Origin: a plasmid
DNA: 42,981 bases
Strand: one strand, 5' to 3'
Sequence record: NZ_CP024179.1
Shown: positions 1 through 10,019 of the stretch, piece after piece
Layout of the letters: every line of letters starts with the position of its first letter
How positions within the stretch are numbered: position 1 is the first letter of the stretch
Position numbers and translations under genes: made by a program
The notes under the pieces: model-generated
The model's input: only the letters and a program-made list of their open reading frames with translations
Database searches by the model: none
Told to the model about the DNA's origin: nothing

Positions 1-13
1 CCTTGACAAAAAG

Positions 14-205
14 TTACAGATAGCTGATTGGCAAGGCAAGCAACTCTGTCTTGCCGGTATGATTGAGCATGAACAACATCGGCTCAGCACTTGCTCGTGC
101 CAATTGTAGTGGGTCTTCAAAGTTGATGTATTGATAATATTTACTTTGACTCTGTGCAATATGCTTGAGCAAGGTTAATTTACCGAATTGTCTGGCGCCT
201 GTCAT
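14..205 (-). pseudogene. N-terminal fragment of an AAA/DUF4143-type ATPase (degenerate Walker A GARQFGKLT), terminated after 63 codons
   Basis: The translation (GARQFGKLTLLKHIAQ...YINFEDPLQLA...) resembles the N-terminus of DUF4143-family ATP-binding proteins. The Walker A motif has L in place of T/S and the ORF stops after 63 aa at the window edge. Confidence 0.35.
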
Positions 206-350
206 TATAATGGCAGGGCATTGAGTGATAAGTGTGGCTAAGACTGAATGAAGATGATTGGGATATACATAAGGAAATCATTCTAAATTTAGTTCAATTT
301 CATATTGTAAATGAAATTGAACTTAAAATGACTTAATAAAAAAATATGAC

Positions 351-367
351 TGTGGCAATTTGCCACA
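351..367. promoter_or_regulatory. 17-bp perfect palindrome TGTGGCAATTTGCCACA, copy 1 of 4; candidate parS/centromere-like ParB site or par operator
   Basis: This is an exact palindrome with 8-bp arms around a single central base. It is repeated at 2235, 2281 and 3310, always with conserved flanks aaACTGTGGCAA(A/T)TTGCCACACTTT, and it lies just upstream of parA. Confidence 0.5.
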
Positions 368-448
368 CTTTTTTATTTGGAAATAATCGCTATTTGTTGC
401 CTAATCTTATATACTATCATACACGTTTTTGAATGGTATCGAACACAA

Positions 449-1291
449 ATGATAAATAAAAACACTAAGATAATAGCCGTTGCTAACCATAAGGGCGGCT
501 GTGGCAAAACGACGACCGTGGTTAATCTTGCAGCAGAACTCGCTAAACTCGGTTCATCCGTGCTTGTCATTGATCTTGACCCACAAGCTAACGCTAGCCT
601 ACACATCGGAAAAGAACACCCTAGTGAAGTCAGTGTGACTATTGCAGAATTACTATTGTCAGAGCCCGAGAAGTTACCCCTTGCGATTCATGAAGATACT
701 TATCTTGAAGGGGTATCTTTAATTTACGGTTCTTTAGCACTGGGCATGACAGAAGATAAGCTAAAAGAAGACACACCGCGTCCTTCTGAAGAATTGCGTG
801 ACAAAATATCACCACTTATAGGTTTGTATGATGTTATTTTGATTGATTGTCCACCCAGTCTTAAACTTTTGACCAGTAATGCTTTAGCAGCTGCGACCGA
901 TTTAATTATACCGATAGAATCGGGATCACAGTACGGTATGTATGGCGTGACTGACTTAACACGTCATCTACAAAAGATTCATCGCATAAATCCTAATCTG
1001 AACTTACTGGGTGCATTACTGATTCGTCATGATGAACGTCAAACCGTCTGTAAACTGATTGAAAGCTCAGCCAAAGAACAAATTGGAAAGCTTATTCCAG
1101 TTAAGATTCCAACCAGTACCAAAATTAACCAAGCTGCCATGGCGCAGACCAGCATTCAGAAAATCGACCGTTCATCCAAAGTTGCCCGCGAATTTCGTAA
1201 ATTAGCGGTTTGGGTAGCAAATGAGTTATACCTCAAAACAGATAATTCTGATGTAGAACTCCAGGCTACTGAAGGAGTTGATGATGAGTAA
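449..1291 (+). CDS. parA: ParA-family partition ATPase
   Basis: It has the deviant Walker A motif KIIAVANHKGGCGKTTT followed by LVIDLDPQANAS. It overlaps parB by 14 nt. I chose the internal ATG at 449 rather than the ORF-track start at 377, because that ORF's leader has no homology. Confidence 0.9.
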   Translation: MINKNTKIIAVANHKGGCGKTTTVVNLAAELAKLGSSVLVIDLDPQANASLHIGKEHPSEVSVTIAELLLSEPEKLPLAIHEDTYLEGVSLIYGSLALGMTEDKLKEDTPRPSEELRDKISPLIGLYDVILIDCPPSLKLLTSNALAAATDLIIPIESGSQYGMYGVTDLTRHLQKIHRINPNLNLLGALLIRHDERQTVCKLIESSAKEQIGKLIPVKIPTSTKINQAAMAQTSIQKIDRSSKVAREFRKLAVWVANELYLKTDNSDVELQATEGVDDE

Positions 1292-2210
1292 AGATATAAA
1301 AACATTATTGGCTCAAAAATTAGCTGATAACAACGCCCGTCATGCCAATGCCAACCAATCGACCTATTTAGAGGTCGGTAATGAGTTAAAACGATTACCA
1401 CTTGATAAAATCAAGTCTAATCCTTTTCAACCCAGAACAGTATTTGATGAAACAGAAATCGCCAATCTTGCAGAGTCCATCAAAGAAATGGGACTGCTAC
1501 AACCCATTACCGTACGAGAAACAGGCTTAGGCGATTATGAGCTGATTGCAGGGGAACGCCGTTTTAAGGCTCACGAACTTCTTGGCAAAACCCATATCGA
1601 TGCGATTGTGTCACGAGCAAGCGATAGCGAGATTGCCATTTTAGCACTCGCCGAAAATGCCAGTCGTGAAGATTTGTGCGATTATGAAATCGCTCAAGCA
1701 CTCCGTAATATCGAGAAACATTTTCCCAATAAATCTCGTCTTGCTGAAGCTGTCGGTCTTGATCGTAAGGAAATGTACCGCTATCTTGCCTATCACGATT
1801 TACCAACATCATTTTTGGATAAAGTCGCTACCAAGCCAAAATTATTGTCTCGCTCGGCAGCGTATGACATTAAGCAGGTATTGAGTCAATTCAAGTTTTC
1901 TGAACAACAAACTGATGAAGTTCTAAGTCGTGTTTGGGAGTTATTAGAGTTAGGTAAGTTGGAGCAAGGCAGAATTGCAGAATTTATTCAAAGCGAGTCT
2001 TTAAAAGAACTTAAATCACAAATTTATTATCCACCAGTTGCCGCGCCTGACATCAAACCGATTTTGTCAGGAGGTAAACCCATTGGAAAATTTCATCATA
2101 AAGGCAAAAAGTATGTGGTCGAAATCAATGCCAAAGATTTAGATGAACAACAACGCATTGAGATTGAACAATTTATCGAAACGTTAATGACAAAAAATAT
2201 GTCATCTTAA
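1278..2210 (+). CDS. parB: ParB/Spo0J-family partition protein
   Basis: It carries the ParB box motifs PFQPR...LLQPITVRE...GERRFKA. It is translationally coupled to parA. Confidence 0.9.
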   Translation: MMMSKDIKTLLAQKLADNNARHANANQSTYLEVGNELKRLPLDKIKSNPFQPRTVFDETEIANLAESIKEMGLLQPITVRETGLGDYELIAGERRFKAHELLGKTHIDAIVSRASDSEIAILALAENASREDLCDYEIAQALRNIEKHFPNKSRLAEAVGLDRKEMYRYLAYHDLPTSFLDKVATKPKLLSRSAAYDIKQVLSQFKFSEQQTDEVLSRVWELLELGKLEQGRIAEFIQSESLKELKSQIYYPPVAAPDIKPILSGGKPIGKFHHKGKKYVVEINAKDLDEQQRIEIEQFIETLMTKNMSS

Positions 2211-2234
2211 ACTTTCTATCCAAAAAAGAAAAAC

Positions 2235-2251
2235 TGTGGCAAATTGCCACA
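2235..2251. promoter_or_regulatory. parS-like palindrome TGTGGCAAATTGCCACA, copy 2
   Basis: This is the same 17-bp palindrome, here with a central A, in the conserved context aaactgtggcaaattgccacacttt. Confidence 0.5.
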
Positions 2252-2280
2252 CTTTTTAACTAATCATGAAAAATCGAAAC

Positions 2281-2297
2281 TGTGGCAATTTGCCACA
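2281..2297. promoter_or_regulatory. parS-like palindrome TGTGGCAATTTGCCACA, copy 3
   Basis: This copy is identical to copy 1 and lies 46 bp from copy 2, downstream of parB. Confidence 0.5.
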
Positions 2298-2322
2298 CTT
2301 TCCAAACAAGAGAAAATTATCA

Positions 2323-3306
2323 ATGTCTTTAACCGCGCAAACCAGCAAATAGAGCTACCAAGACTGGCTCAATTAGCTCAAAACACAGATTCGCTCATCT
2401 CAACAATGAGCCATACTTGCGGTTAATCAAGAACTGGTGATGTTATATTGGCAAATCGGACAAAACATCCTACAACGTCAAGACCAACAAGGTTGAGGTG
2501 CAAAAGTTATTGACAGACTATCCAAAGACCTATCCGCCGAATTCCCAGAAATCAAAGGCTTTTCTACTCGCAACCTAAAATATATGCGTAAGTTTGCCGA
2601 AGCATGGCAAGATAAGCAAATAGTGCAGCAGGCTGTTGCACTATTACCATGGGGTCATAATCTTATATTATTGGATAAATTTTCTGACAATGAAACAAGA
2701 CTATGGTACGCCCAAAAAGCCATTAAACATGATTGGTCACGCAATGTCTTAGTCCATCAAATAGAAAGCGGTTTACTAGAACGCACAGGACAAGCCGTTA
2801 ATAATTTTTCGCAGACATTGCCAGAGATACAGTCAGATTTGGCGACTCAAACTTTCAAAGATCCTTATATTTTTGACTTTCTCAGCTTAGGCGAAGCCTA
2901 TCATGAACGAGAATTAGAAACCGCTTTAACTCAGCATATTATGGCATTTTTACTTGAGTTAGGGACAGGTTTTGCGTTTGTTGGCAAACAGCGGCATATT
3001 GAAGTTGGTGGTGACGACTTTTATATCGATTTGCTTTTCTATCATCTGCAACTTCGCTGTTACGTTGTCATCGAATTGAAAACAGGCGATTTTAAACCTG
3101 AGCATATCGGGCAACTCAATTTATACGTGACTGCAGTCGATAGGCAACTCAAAACCGAACATGACACACCAACAATAGGCTTGTTACTTTCTAAAAGTCG
3201 TAACGAAGTCGTGGTTGAATATGCACTCAATCAGACCCCCCAGCCGATTGGCGTTGCAGTTTATCAATTAGAAAAAATGTTGAATGAGTTAGAATTAGGC
3301 AAATAA
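2323..3306 (+). pseudogene. YhcG/DUF1016-like PD-(D/E)XK nuclease gene with four in-frame stop codons (TAG 2350, TAG 2374, TGA 2407, TGA 2494) and no frameshift
   Basis: A single frame reads MSLTAQTSK*SYQDWLN*LKTQIRSSQQ*AILAVNQELVMLYWQIGQNILQRQDQQG*GAKVIDRLSKDLSAEFPEIKGFSTRNLKYMRKFAEAW and continues into the 240-aa ORF at 2584..3306 (ELKTGDF, YHERELE). It matches the DUF1016 architecture end to end. An SD-like sequence aagagaaaa precedes the ATG at 2323. Confidence 0.75.
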
Positions 3307-3309
3307 AAC

Positions 3310-3326
3310 TGTGGCAAATTGCCACA
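3310..3326. promoter_or_regulatory. parS-like palindrome TGTGGCAAATTGCCACA, copy 4
   Basis: This is the same palindrome again. It lies between the DUF1016 pseudogene and the hsdR remnant. Confidence 0.5.
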
Positions 3327-3363
3327 CTTTCCCAAAACTTAAAAAACAGAAACGGATGTTCCT

Positions 3364-5858
3364 ATGAGTGAAATCTACGAATCTGACATCGAACAAATAG
3401 CTATCGAACAACTCCAAGCCATCGGCTATCGCCACGTTTAAGGCGTCGATATCGAACCCTACGGCATAAAACCGCTACGAGCCTATAGCCAAGTTTTGCT
3501 CCAAGACAATGTCCTGCAAGCTATCGCTACCATCAACCCACAACTTACCCCAGAACAATGACTTGAAGCCTATTAGCGTATCAGCCAAAATAACCAACTC
3601 ACCACACCCAATAATGTCAGCAATAATTTAGCCTTATGTCAATGGTGTTCTACACAGGCAAAATCGTGCTTGCCATGAATAACCCAACCGTGGTTATATT
3701 GACCGACCGTAACGACTTAGACGACTAGCTTTTTACTACATTCTCGGCATCGGTTGAATTGCTTAGGCAATCTCCAAAACAAGCCGGAGATCGAGAGCAG
3801 CTCAAAGAACTACTTAAAGTCAATTCTGGCGGTGTCATTTTTACCACCATTCAAAAATTCCAGCCAGAAGACGGTAGCAATGTCTATGACACGCTGTCCG
3901 AACGCCATAACATCATCGTCATCGCCGACGAAGCACACCGCTCGCAATATGGCTTTACCGCCAAAGAAGTCGATGTCAAAAACGATGCTGGTGACGTGAC
4001 AGGCAAACGCACGGTTTATGGTTTTGCCAAATATTTGCGTGATGCCTTGCCCAATGCCACTTATCTAGGCTTTACAGGCACACCGATTGAAAAAAACGAC
4101 GTCAACACCCCAGCGGTGTTTGGTGATTATGTTGATATTTACGACATCTCCCAAGCCGTTGAAGATGGGGCAACGGTGCGGATTTTCTATGAATCACGGC
4201 TTGCCAAAGTGGCGGTTAGTGACGAAGGCAAAAAATTGATAGCCGACTTTGATGAAGAATTTAACGAAGACGAACTCACCGCCACCCAACAAGCACGAGC
4301 CAAATGGGTCAAAGCCGAAGCCTTAATCGGTAGCCATGACCGTATCCAAGCGGTCGCTGCCGACATCGTACAACATTTTGAACAACGCCTATTTGCCAAT
4401 GCCAACCAAGGTAAAGGCATGATTGTTGCCATGTCTCGGCGGATTGCAGTGGATTTGTACAATGCGATAATTGCATTACGCCCAGCGTGGAGCGGTGGTG
4501 ATTTATACGACGGCGTCATCAAAGTGATTATGACCTCATCGGCAGCAGATGGGGCAGCTCTTGCCAAGCATCATACAACGAAAAAAGACCGCCAAATTTT
4601 AGCCAACCGTATGAAATACCCAGAGGATAAGCTCAAACTGGTTATCGTGCGGGATATGTGGCTAACAGGCTTTGACGCTCCCAGTATGCACACGCTTTAC
4701 ATCGATAAACCGATGAAAGGTCATAACTTAATGCAAGCGATTGCCCGTGTCAATCGGGTGTACAAGGATAAAGCAGGGGGCTTGATCGTTGATTATCTGG
4801 GTATTGCTGCCGATCTGAAAGAAGCCTTGAGCTTTTACTCAGATGCTGGCGGTAAGGGCGACCCAGCCGTGGTGCAAGATGAAGCCGTCATTATCATGAA
4901 AGAAAAACTGGAAGTGTTAGACGGCATTATGCACGGTTACGACTATCACAAATACTTTACCTCAGACACCGCTGAAAAACTCAAAATCATTCTCGAATCC
5001 GAAGATTTTATCTTAGGCATTGAGCAAGGGGAAGGAAAGACCCGTTTTATTCGTGCCGTAAGCTCGCTCAGTCAATCTTTCGCCCTAGCCGTACCCCATC
5101 CTACCGCAATGGAAAATGCACCTCTTGTAGCGTATTTCCAAGCGGTTAAAGCATGTCTTGCCAAATTTGACGAAAATTCACCCAATCCAATAGGGATTAG
5201 CGACACCGAATTAGAAACCAGAGTCAGACAAACAATCGACCAAGCCTTGGTCAGTGAAAAGGTCGTCGATATCTTTGATGCCGCTGGTATTCAAAAACCC
5301 GACATCTCTATCTTATCTGATGAATTCATGGAAGAAATGCGAGATTATGAACACAAAAACATCGCTCTAGAAACTCTTAAAAAACTACTGAATGATGAAA
5401 TAAAAGTACGAGAGCAACACAGCGTTACCCAAGGCAAAAAACTCATGGAGATGCTCAACAACGCTATCAAAGGTTATCAAAATAAAGTACTTACCGCTGC
5501 AGAGGTCATCGAAGAACTTATCAAATTAGCAAAAGAAATCAAGGAATCTGATAGTTTGGCTAATGAACTTAAACTCACTGATTTTGAATATGCGTTTTAC
5601 TCTGCGGTTGCCGAAAATGACAGTGCCAAAGAACTCATGGGTAAAGATAAATTGCGAGAACTCGCCATTGTTTTAACATCAACCATTCGTAATAACATAA
5701 GTGTTGATTGGACAATCAAAGAATCTGCAAGGGCTAAAATTCGTACTGTAGTCAAAAGATTACTAAGAAAATATGGCTATCCGCCTGATATGGAGCTTTT
5801 AGCTACAGAACTCGTATTACATCAAGCAGAGGTAATTGCTGATCAATTAGTTAGCTAA
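3364..5858 (+). pseudogene. hsdR: Type I restriction enzyme R subunit (HsdR) remnant with at least six in-frame stops, a frame change and a probable internal deletion of the endonuclease domain; the C-terminal 699 codons (3759..5858) remain intact
   Basis: The N-terminus MSEIYESDIEQIAIEQLQAIGYRHV*GVDIEP...LTPEQ*LEAY*RISQ is HsdR-like, with stops at 3439, 3559 and 3574. After a frame switch near 3600 the reading is [44 protein letters not shown], with stops at 3612, 3624 and 3726. This is followed by the DEAHRSQYG (motif II) and LGFTGTP (motif III) motifs, then the C-terminal helical domain. The Walker A GSGKS is replaced by scrambled AT-rich sequence (caataatgtcagcaataattta). There is no room for the PD-(D/E)XK domain between residue ~75 and HTQ. 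Confidence 0.8.
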
Positions 5859-5896
5859 AAAAGCTCTATATTTTATTTACTGTTTTTGATAAAAAA

Positions 5897-6282
5897 ATAA
5901 GACGACGTTTCATTACCTCACTATTTTAATGAGAAAAGTAGGTTTTTAATGTTTTTAAATACTTTTAATAGTTTTTAAATAAGCCGCAAGTCGCCTACAC
6001 CAAGGCTTATATAAGATATTAGACGACGTTTAGTTACCTATAAGACGACGTTTAGTTACCTATAAGACGACGTTTAGTTACCTATAAGACGACATTTAAT
6101 TACCCATAAGACGACGTTTAGTTACCCATAAGACGACGTTTAGTTACCTTAAATAAAGATATCTAAATATATATTATTAGACGACATTTAGTTACCTTAA
6201 AATTTTTAAAATAATAGGACGACAAATTGTTACCTCAGGATTGATTCAGATAAATTTATTATAAGACGACATTTTATTACCA
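5897..6282 (+). repeat. Extended iteron/oriV region including outlying degenerate iterons (5897, 6176, 6214, 6261) and AT-rich tracts
   Basis: Degenerate copies are aTAAGACGACGTTTcaTTACCT, attAGACGACaTTTAGTTACCT, ataGGACGACaaaTtGTTACCT and ATAAGACGACaTTTtaTTACCa. AT-rich sequence with repeated gtttttaa lies at 5860-6000. Confidence 0.7.
6018..6149 (+). repeat. Six tandem 22-bp iterons (consensus ATAAGACGACGTTTAGTTACCT), the core of the plasmid replication origin
   Basis: The direct repeats sit at 6018, 6040, 6062, 6084, 6106 and 6128. Four are identical and two carry 2-3 substitutions. They lie immediately upstream of a Rep_3 initiator gene. Confidence 0.9.
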
Positions 6283-6324
6283 ATTTAATTCCTAATGATT
6301 CATATAAAACGCATAATATATCTG

Positions 6325-6360
6325 TTGCGTTTAAACGACATAAAAAATATAATCGTCTTA
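6325..6360 (+). promoter_or_regulatory. Putative rep promoter (TTGCGT-17 bp-TATAAT) overlapped by an inverted half-iteron AATCGTCTTA (candidate autoregulation operator)
   Basis: The -35 is at 6325-6330 and the -10 at 6348-6353 with a 17-bp spacer. The reverse complement of the iteron core TAAGACGATT overlaps the -10/+1 at 6351-6360. This lies ~30 bp upstream of the rep ATG. Confidence 0.45.
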
Positions 6361-6384
6361 AATAAGTTTTTAAAATAAACTCAA

Positions 6385-7341
6385 ATGTCTAAATCTTCAA
6401 CTCAAAAAGATATAGTCGTTAAGTCTAATAGACTTAATTCTGCACTTCAAAATTTAAGCCTAGCTGAAATACGAATTATCCAATTAGCGATTGTAGATGC
6501 TCGTGAAAGTGGAAAAGGTCTAGATCCATCTACGCCTTTAACAATTAGTGCGTCACGCTATGTAGAGGTATTTGAAACTACGCGACAAAATGCCTATATG
6601 AGGATTAAAGAAACTGAAGAGACATTGTTTAATCGCCGATTTAGCTTTATTGATGAAGATGGTCTACTGGTAAAAAGTCGTTGGTTGTCTCAAGTGCGGT
6701 ATTTAGATAACCAAGGTGAAATTGAATTATCTTTTACGCCAGCGGTAGTCAAGGGAATTAGCAGAATTGATGGTGCAGTTGATTTTTTTACTCAGTATTC
6801 TTTACAACAAACATCTGGTTTGGATAGCGCTTATTCAACTCGGTTATATGAATTACTTGTTCAATGGAAAGCGGCAAAAAAGACCCCTTTATTTGAATTA
6901 GAAACATTTAGAGCGCAGTTAGGATTGCAAGAAAACGAATATGCTAGGATGTTTGATTTTAAAAAACGTGTCTTAGATATGGCGGTTAATGAAATTAATA
7001 AAGTGACTGACTTAAAAGTGTCCTACCAACAAATTAAAGAGGGACGGAGTATCATAGGATTTATTTTTACGGTAACTTTAAAAAATAAAGAAGCACCATT
7101 AAAGGATGTAAAACGTGATACCAATACCCTCGATATGTTCGTGCCAATGACCGATAGTCAGCGTTACCATTTTGCAAAAAAGTTATCCAAGCTTCATGAA
7201 TTATCTTACCTTGCTAAAGGGGAGGCAGGTCGAAACTATGACGTGTTTGCCGAACAAATTGCCAATGAGCTTTCAGATCCTGAGCGAGTTAAGTTTTATG
7301 AAAAGTACTTAGTGCAAGTAGGATTTAAAAAATCAATTTGA
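6385..7341 (+). CDS. repB: Rep_3-family plasmid replication initiator (RepB-like, iteron-binding)
   Basis: It carries the N-terminal Rep_3 signature VVKSNRLNSALQNLSLAEIRIIQLAI and sits adjacent to the iterons. Confidence 0.9.
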   Translation: MSKSSTQKDIVVKSNRLNSALQNLSLAEIRIIQLAIVDARESGKGLDPSTPLTISASRYVEVFETTRQNAYMRIKETEETLFNRRFSFIDEDGLLVKSRWLSQVRYLDNQGEIELSFTPAVVKGISRIDGAVDFFTQYSLQQTSGLDSAYSTRLYELLVQWKAAKKTPLFELETFRAQLGLQENEYARMFDFKKRVLDMAVNEINKVTDLKVSYQQIKEGRSIIGFIFTVTLKNKEAPLKDVKRDTNTLDMFVPMTDSQRYHFAKKLSKLHELSYLAKGEAGRNYDVFAEQIANELSDPERVKFYEKYLVQVGFKKSI

Positions 7342-7399
7342 AATTTAGGATTAATGAAATTAGCATAGTCATACCAATTATCAATATGACGAACCTATT

Positions 7400-7852
7400 A
7401 TGACCGTCACCATCCTTCACCGACTCGAAGCCCAAAGCTACCAACCCATTCCTTTGTTTTTAGAACCCATTCCAGCAGGATTTCCCTCACCTGCTGAAGG
7501 CTATGTTGAAGAATGTGTGGATTTAAATGACTTGTGTATCGATCATCCTAATGCCACTTTCTTAGTCAGAGTCGATGGATTGTCGATGATTGATGCCGGT
7601 ATCTATCCCAATGACTTGCTGGTGGTGGATCGGAGTCTTGAGCCCCAACATGGCGACATTATCGTCGCTCGCTTATTTAACGAATTCACCGTTAAAGAGC
7701 TCAATCTTTATCCTTATCCAAGTTTAATTGCCCATAACGAATCCTTTGAAGACATTACCTTAGTCGGTGAAGTTGATTTTGAAGTATTTGGTGTGGTCAC
7801 TAATGTCATTCGCCCCATTGGTCGCGGCACTAAACGTCCTATCTACAAGTAA
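7400..7852 (+). CDS. umuD: UmuD-like S24 peptidase (translesion polymerase V accessory subunit)
   Basis: The LexA/UmuD C-terminal domain is present (VDGLSMIDAGIYPNDLLVVDRS...GDIIVA). It lies upstream of umuC. Confidence 0.85.
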   Translation: MTVTILHRLEAQSYQPIPLFLEPIPAGFPSPAEGYVEECVDLNDLCIDHPNATFLVRVDGLSMIDAGIYPNDLLVVDRSLEPQHGDIIVARLFNEFTVKELNLYPYPSLIAHNESFEDITLVGEVDFEVFGVVTNVIRPIGRGTKRPIYK

Positions 7853-7992
7853 GTTTTCATTTCATCTAATTTCTTATCGCTGTTTACAATTCACACGACG
7901 GTCATTGTCGTTTAGTCGTCATTTGTCATTTTGATGACTTGTCTTTTTGCCTAAACTAGTCTTAATTCTTTTTGCCATTGTTATGAACCCTT

Positions 7993-9312
7993 ATGTACGC
8001 CTTAATTGATTGCAATAGCTTTTATGCGTCTTGCGAAAAGCTGTTTCGTCCTGATTTAAAACGTCGACCGGTAGTTGTGTTATCCAATAACGATGGCTGT
8101 GTGGTGGCTAGATCCGCGGAGGCTAAAGCATTGGGGATTAAGATGGGCATCCCTTACTTTCAGATCAAAGACTTTCTACAGCAGCATCGTGTTGCAGTAT
8201 TTAGCTCCAATTACGCCTTGTATGCTGATATGTCAGCGCGGGTGATGAATACACTTGAACAGCTGTGTCCTGACGTGGAAGTGTATTCCATTGATGAAGC
8301 GTTTTTATACCTAGGTCGCTATCCAGCGGCGCTTAACGATTTAACAGCTTACGCCAAGCTCATTAAAACTACCGTTGAGCGTCATACTGGCATTCCAGTA
8401 GGGGTTGGGGTAGGGAAGACCAAGACCTTGGCGAAACTGGCCAATTACGCCGCTAAAAAGTATCCAGCGACGCAAGGGATTTGTGTGTTAGACAAGGAAA
8501 GCTGGATTGAGCGGCTGATGGCTATCACACCGGTTGAAGAGGTATGGGGGATTGGTCGTCAGCATACCAAAAAGCTTCACAGTCTAGGTATTACCACGGT
8601 TGAGCAGTTTGCCGCGATGCCACATAGCTTAGTGCGTCAGCATTTTAGTGTGGTCATGGAGCGGACCAATTTAGAATTGAATGGGGTGATGTGTTTAGGT
8701 TTAGAAGCGGCAATGGCTAAACAAGAGATTGTGTCATCGCGTTCGTTTTCTAAAAAAATCAGCGAACTTGAAGATTTAAGCCAAGCGGTGATGGGTCATG
8801 TGTCTAAAGCGGCCGTTAAACTGCGTAAGCAGCAAAGCGTGTGTAAGATACTGGTGGTGTTTGCCAAGACCAGTGCCTTTAACCCCAATGAGCCTTACCA
8901 AAGTATTCGTGGTCAATATCAGTTTATTAATGCCACCTGTGATACCCGGGTGATGATTGCTGGCGCTAGACAAGTACTAGAGCGGATTTATAAACCTAAT
9001 TTAAAGTATGCCAAAGCCGGTGTCATGCTGTGTGCGATTCAAGATCAGGCTACCATCGTTGATGATTTGTTTGAGAAGCCTGACCTCTTAAAACAGCAGC
9101 AATCACAAAAGCTAATGGCAATGATGGATGCCATTAATCAGCAGATGGCGCACCAGAGCAAAGCTCAAGCCAAAGGTTCATCTAAAGGCAATGGTGGCCG
9201 ATTGTATATTGCCAGTACCGGCATAGCCAAGCAGCAAGACTGGCAGATGAATCGAGCGTTTTTAAGCCCAAGCTATACCACCAAACTGTCTGATTTATTA
9301 ACTGTGCATTAA
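7993..9312 (+). CDS. umuC: Y-family DNA polymerase, UmuC-like (Pol V catalytic subunit)
   Basis: The N-terminus [41 protein letters not shown] is the classic UmuC/DinB palm sequence. Confidence 0.9.
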   Translation: MYALIDCNSFYASCEKLFRPDLKRRPVVVLSNNDGCVVARSAEAKALGIKMGIPYFQIKDFLQQHRVAVFSSNYALYADMSARVMNTLEQLCPDVEVYSIDEAFLYLGRYPAALNDLTAYAKLIKTTVERHTGIPVGVGVGKTKTLAKLANYAAKKYPATQGICVLDKESWIERLMAITPVEEVWGIGRQHTKKLHSLGITTVEQFAAMPHSLVRQHFSVVMERTNLELNGVMCLGLEAAMAKQEIVSSRSFSKKISELEDLSQAVMGHVSKAAVKLRKQQSVCKILVVFAKTSAFNPNEPYQSIRGQYQFINATCDTRVMIAGARQVLERIYKPNLKYAKAGVMLCAIQDQATIVDDLFEKPDLLKQQQSQKLMAMMDAINQQMAHQSKAQAKGSSKGNGGRLYIASTGIAKQQDWQMNRAFLSPSYTTKLSDLLTVH

Positions 9313-9332
9313 TTTAACCAAGAGAATCCTGT

Positions 9333-10013
9333 ATGTGTGCCAACTTTCAACCGATTACCCAAGCGCAAGCGTCACGCTTTACCAATCAGCAGTTAAGCTT
9401 TGACTTTAAAGACGATATCTATCCGGGTTACGAGGCACCGATACTATTTGCCAATATCGGTGACCCAGCAGAGTGGCGATCTGCGATGTTTGGTATGATT
9501 CCTAAATGGGCCAAAGACACCAGCTTTGCTAAACACACCTACAATGCCCGTAGTGAAACCGTTGCCGGTAAACCAAGTTTTAAACACGCTTGGTACAATA
9601 ACCAGTTTGCGTTAATTCCGGTACAAACCATCTATGAGCCTAAATACATTAATGGTAAAGCACATCGCTATGGCATTCACCGCGAAGATAATGAACCTTT
9701 TACCGTGGCTGGGTTATATGAGATGGTAAAAATTGGCGATCAATTGATTCGCTCTATGACTATGCTCACTATTAATGCCGATCAGCATCCGTTTATGTCC
9801 CAGTTTCATAAACCTGAAGATGAAAAACGCTCGATTGTGGTGATTGAACCTGAGCATCGAACGGATTGGCTTAACATGACGCATGAGAACGCATTTGAGC
9901 TTTTGTTACCAATGGGAGAGGGATATACAGCCGAATACCGTCCAAAGCCGTCAAAAACGCATGACAGTGCGCCTAATGAAGATTTATTGGATTTACTGTT
10001 GCCTAAGTCGTAA
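9333..10013 (+). CDS. yedK: SOS-response-associated peptidase (SRAP/YedK, abasic-site DNA-protein crosslinking)
   Basis: It starts Met-Cys (catalytic Cys2) and carries SRAP motifs (FGMIPKWA, NARSET, FTVAGLYE). There is a 20-bp gap after umuC. Confidence 0.85.
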   Translation: MCANFQPITQAQASRFTNQQLSFDFKDDIYPGYEAPILFANIGDPAEWRSAMFGMIPKWAKDTSFAKHTYNARSETVAGKPSFKHAWYNNQFALIPVQTIYEPKYINGKAHRYGIHREDNEPFTVAGLYEMVKIGDQLIRSMTMLTINADQHPFMSQFHKPEDEKRSIVVIEPEHRTDWLNMTHENAFELLLPMGEGYTAEYRPKPSKTHDSAPNEDLLDLLLPKS

Positions 10014-10019
10014 TAAAAT

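Noticed and set aside
2244-2426. 60-aa ORF overlapping the parS palindromes (ORF-track entry).
   Set aside because: It sits in a different frame from the DUF1016 homology. It spans the palindromic sites and is an artefact of the stop-laden pseudogene region.
2323-5858. Possibility that the many in-frame TGA/TAG/TAA codons reflect an alternative genetic code or programmed recoding.
   Set aside because: All other genes in the window terminate normally with TAA/TGA/TAG and show no internal stops. All three stop codons occur as the disrupting codons. The affected genes are all toxic-function genes whose partners are intact, which fits pseudogenisation better.
5858-6385. Checked the iteron region as a possible CRISPR array.
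   Set aside because: The repeats are contiguous 22-bp units without unique spacers, and degenerate copies are scattered around them. The region lies next to a Rep_3 gene. These are iterons, not CRISPR.
7342-7399. Looked for a canonical LexA SOS box (CTGT-N8-ACAG) upstream of umuD.
   Set aside because: None is present. Only a GTCATA-N11-TATGAC inverted repeat is seen, which does not match known LexA or UmuDAb motifs with confidence.
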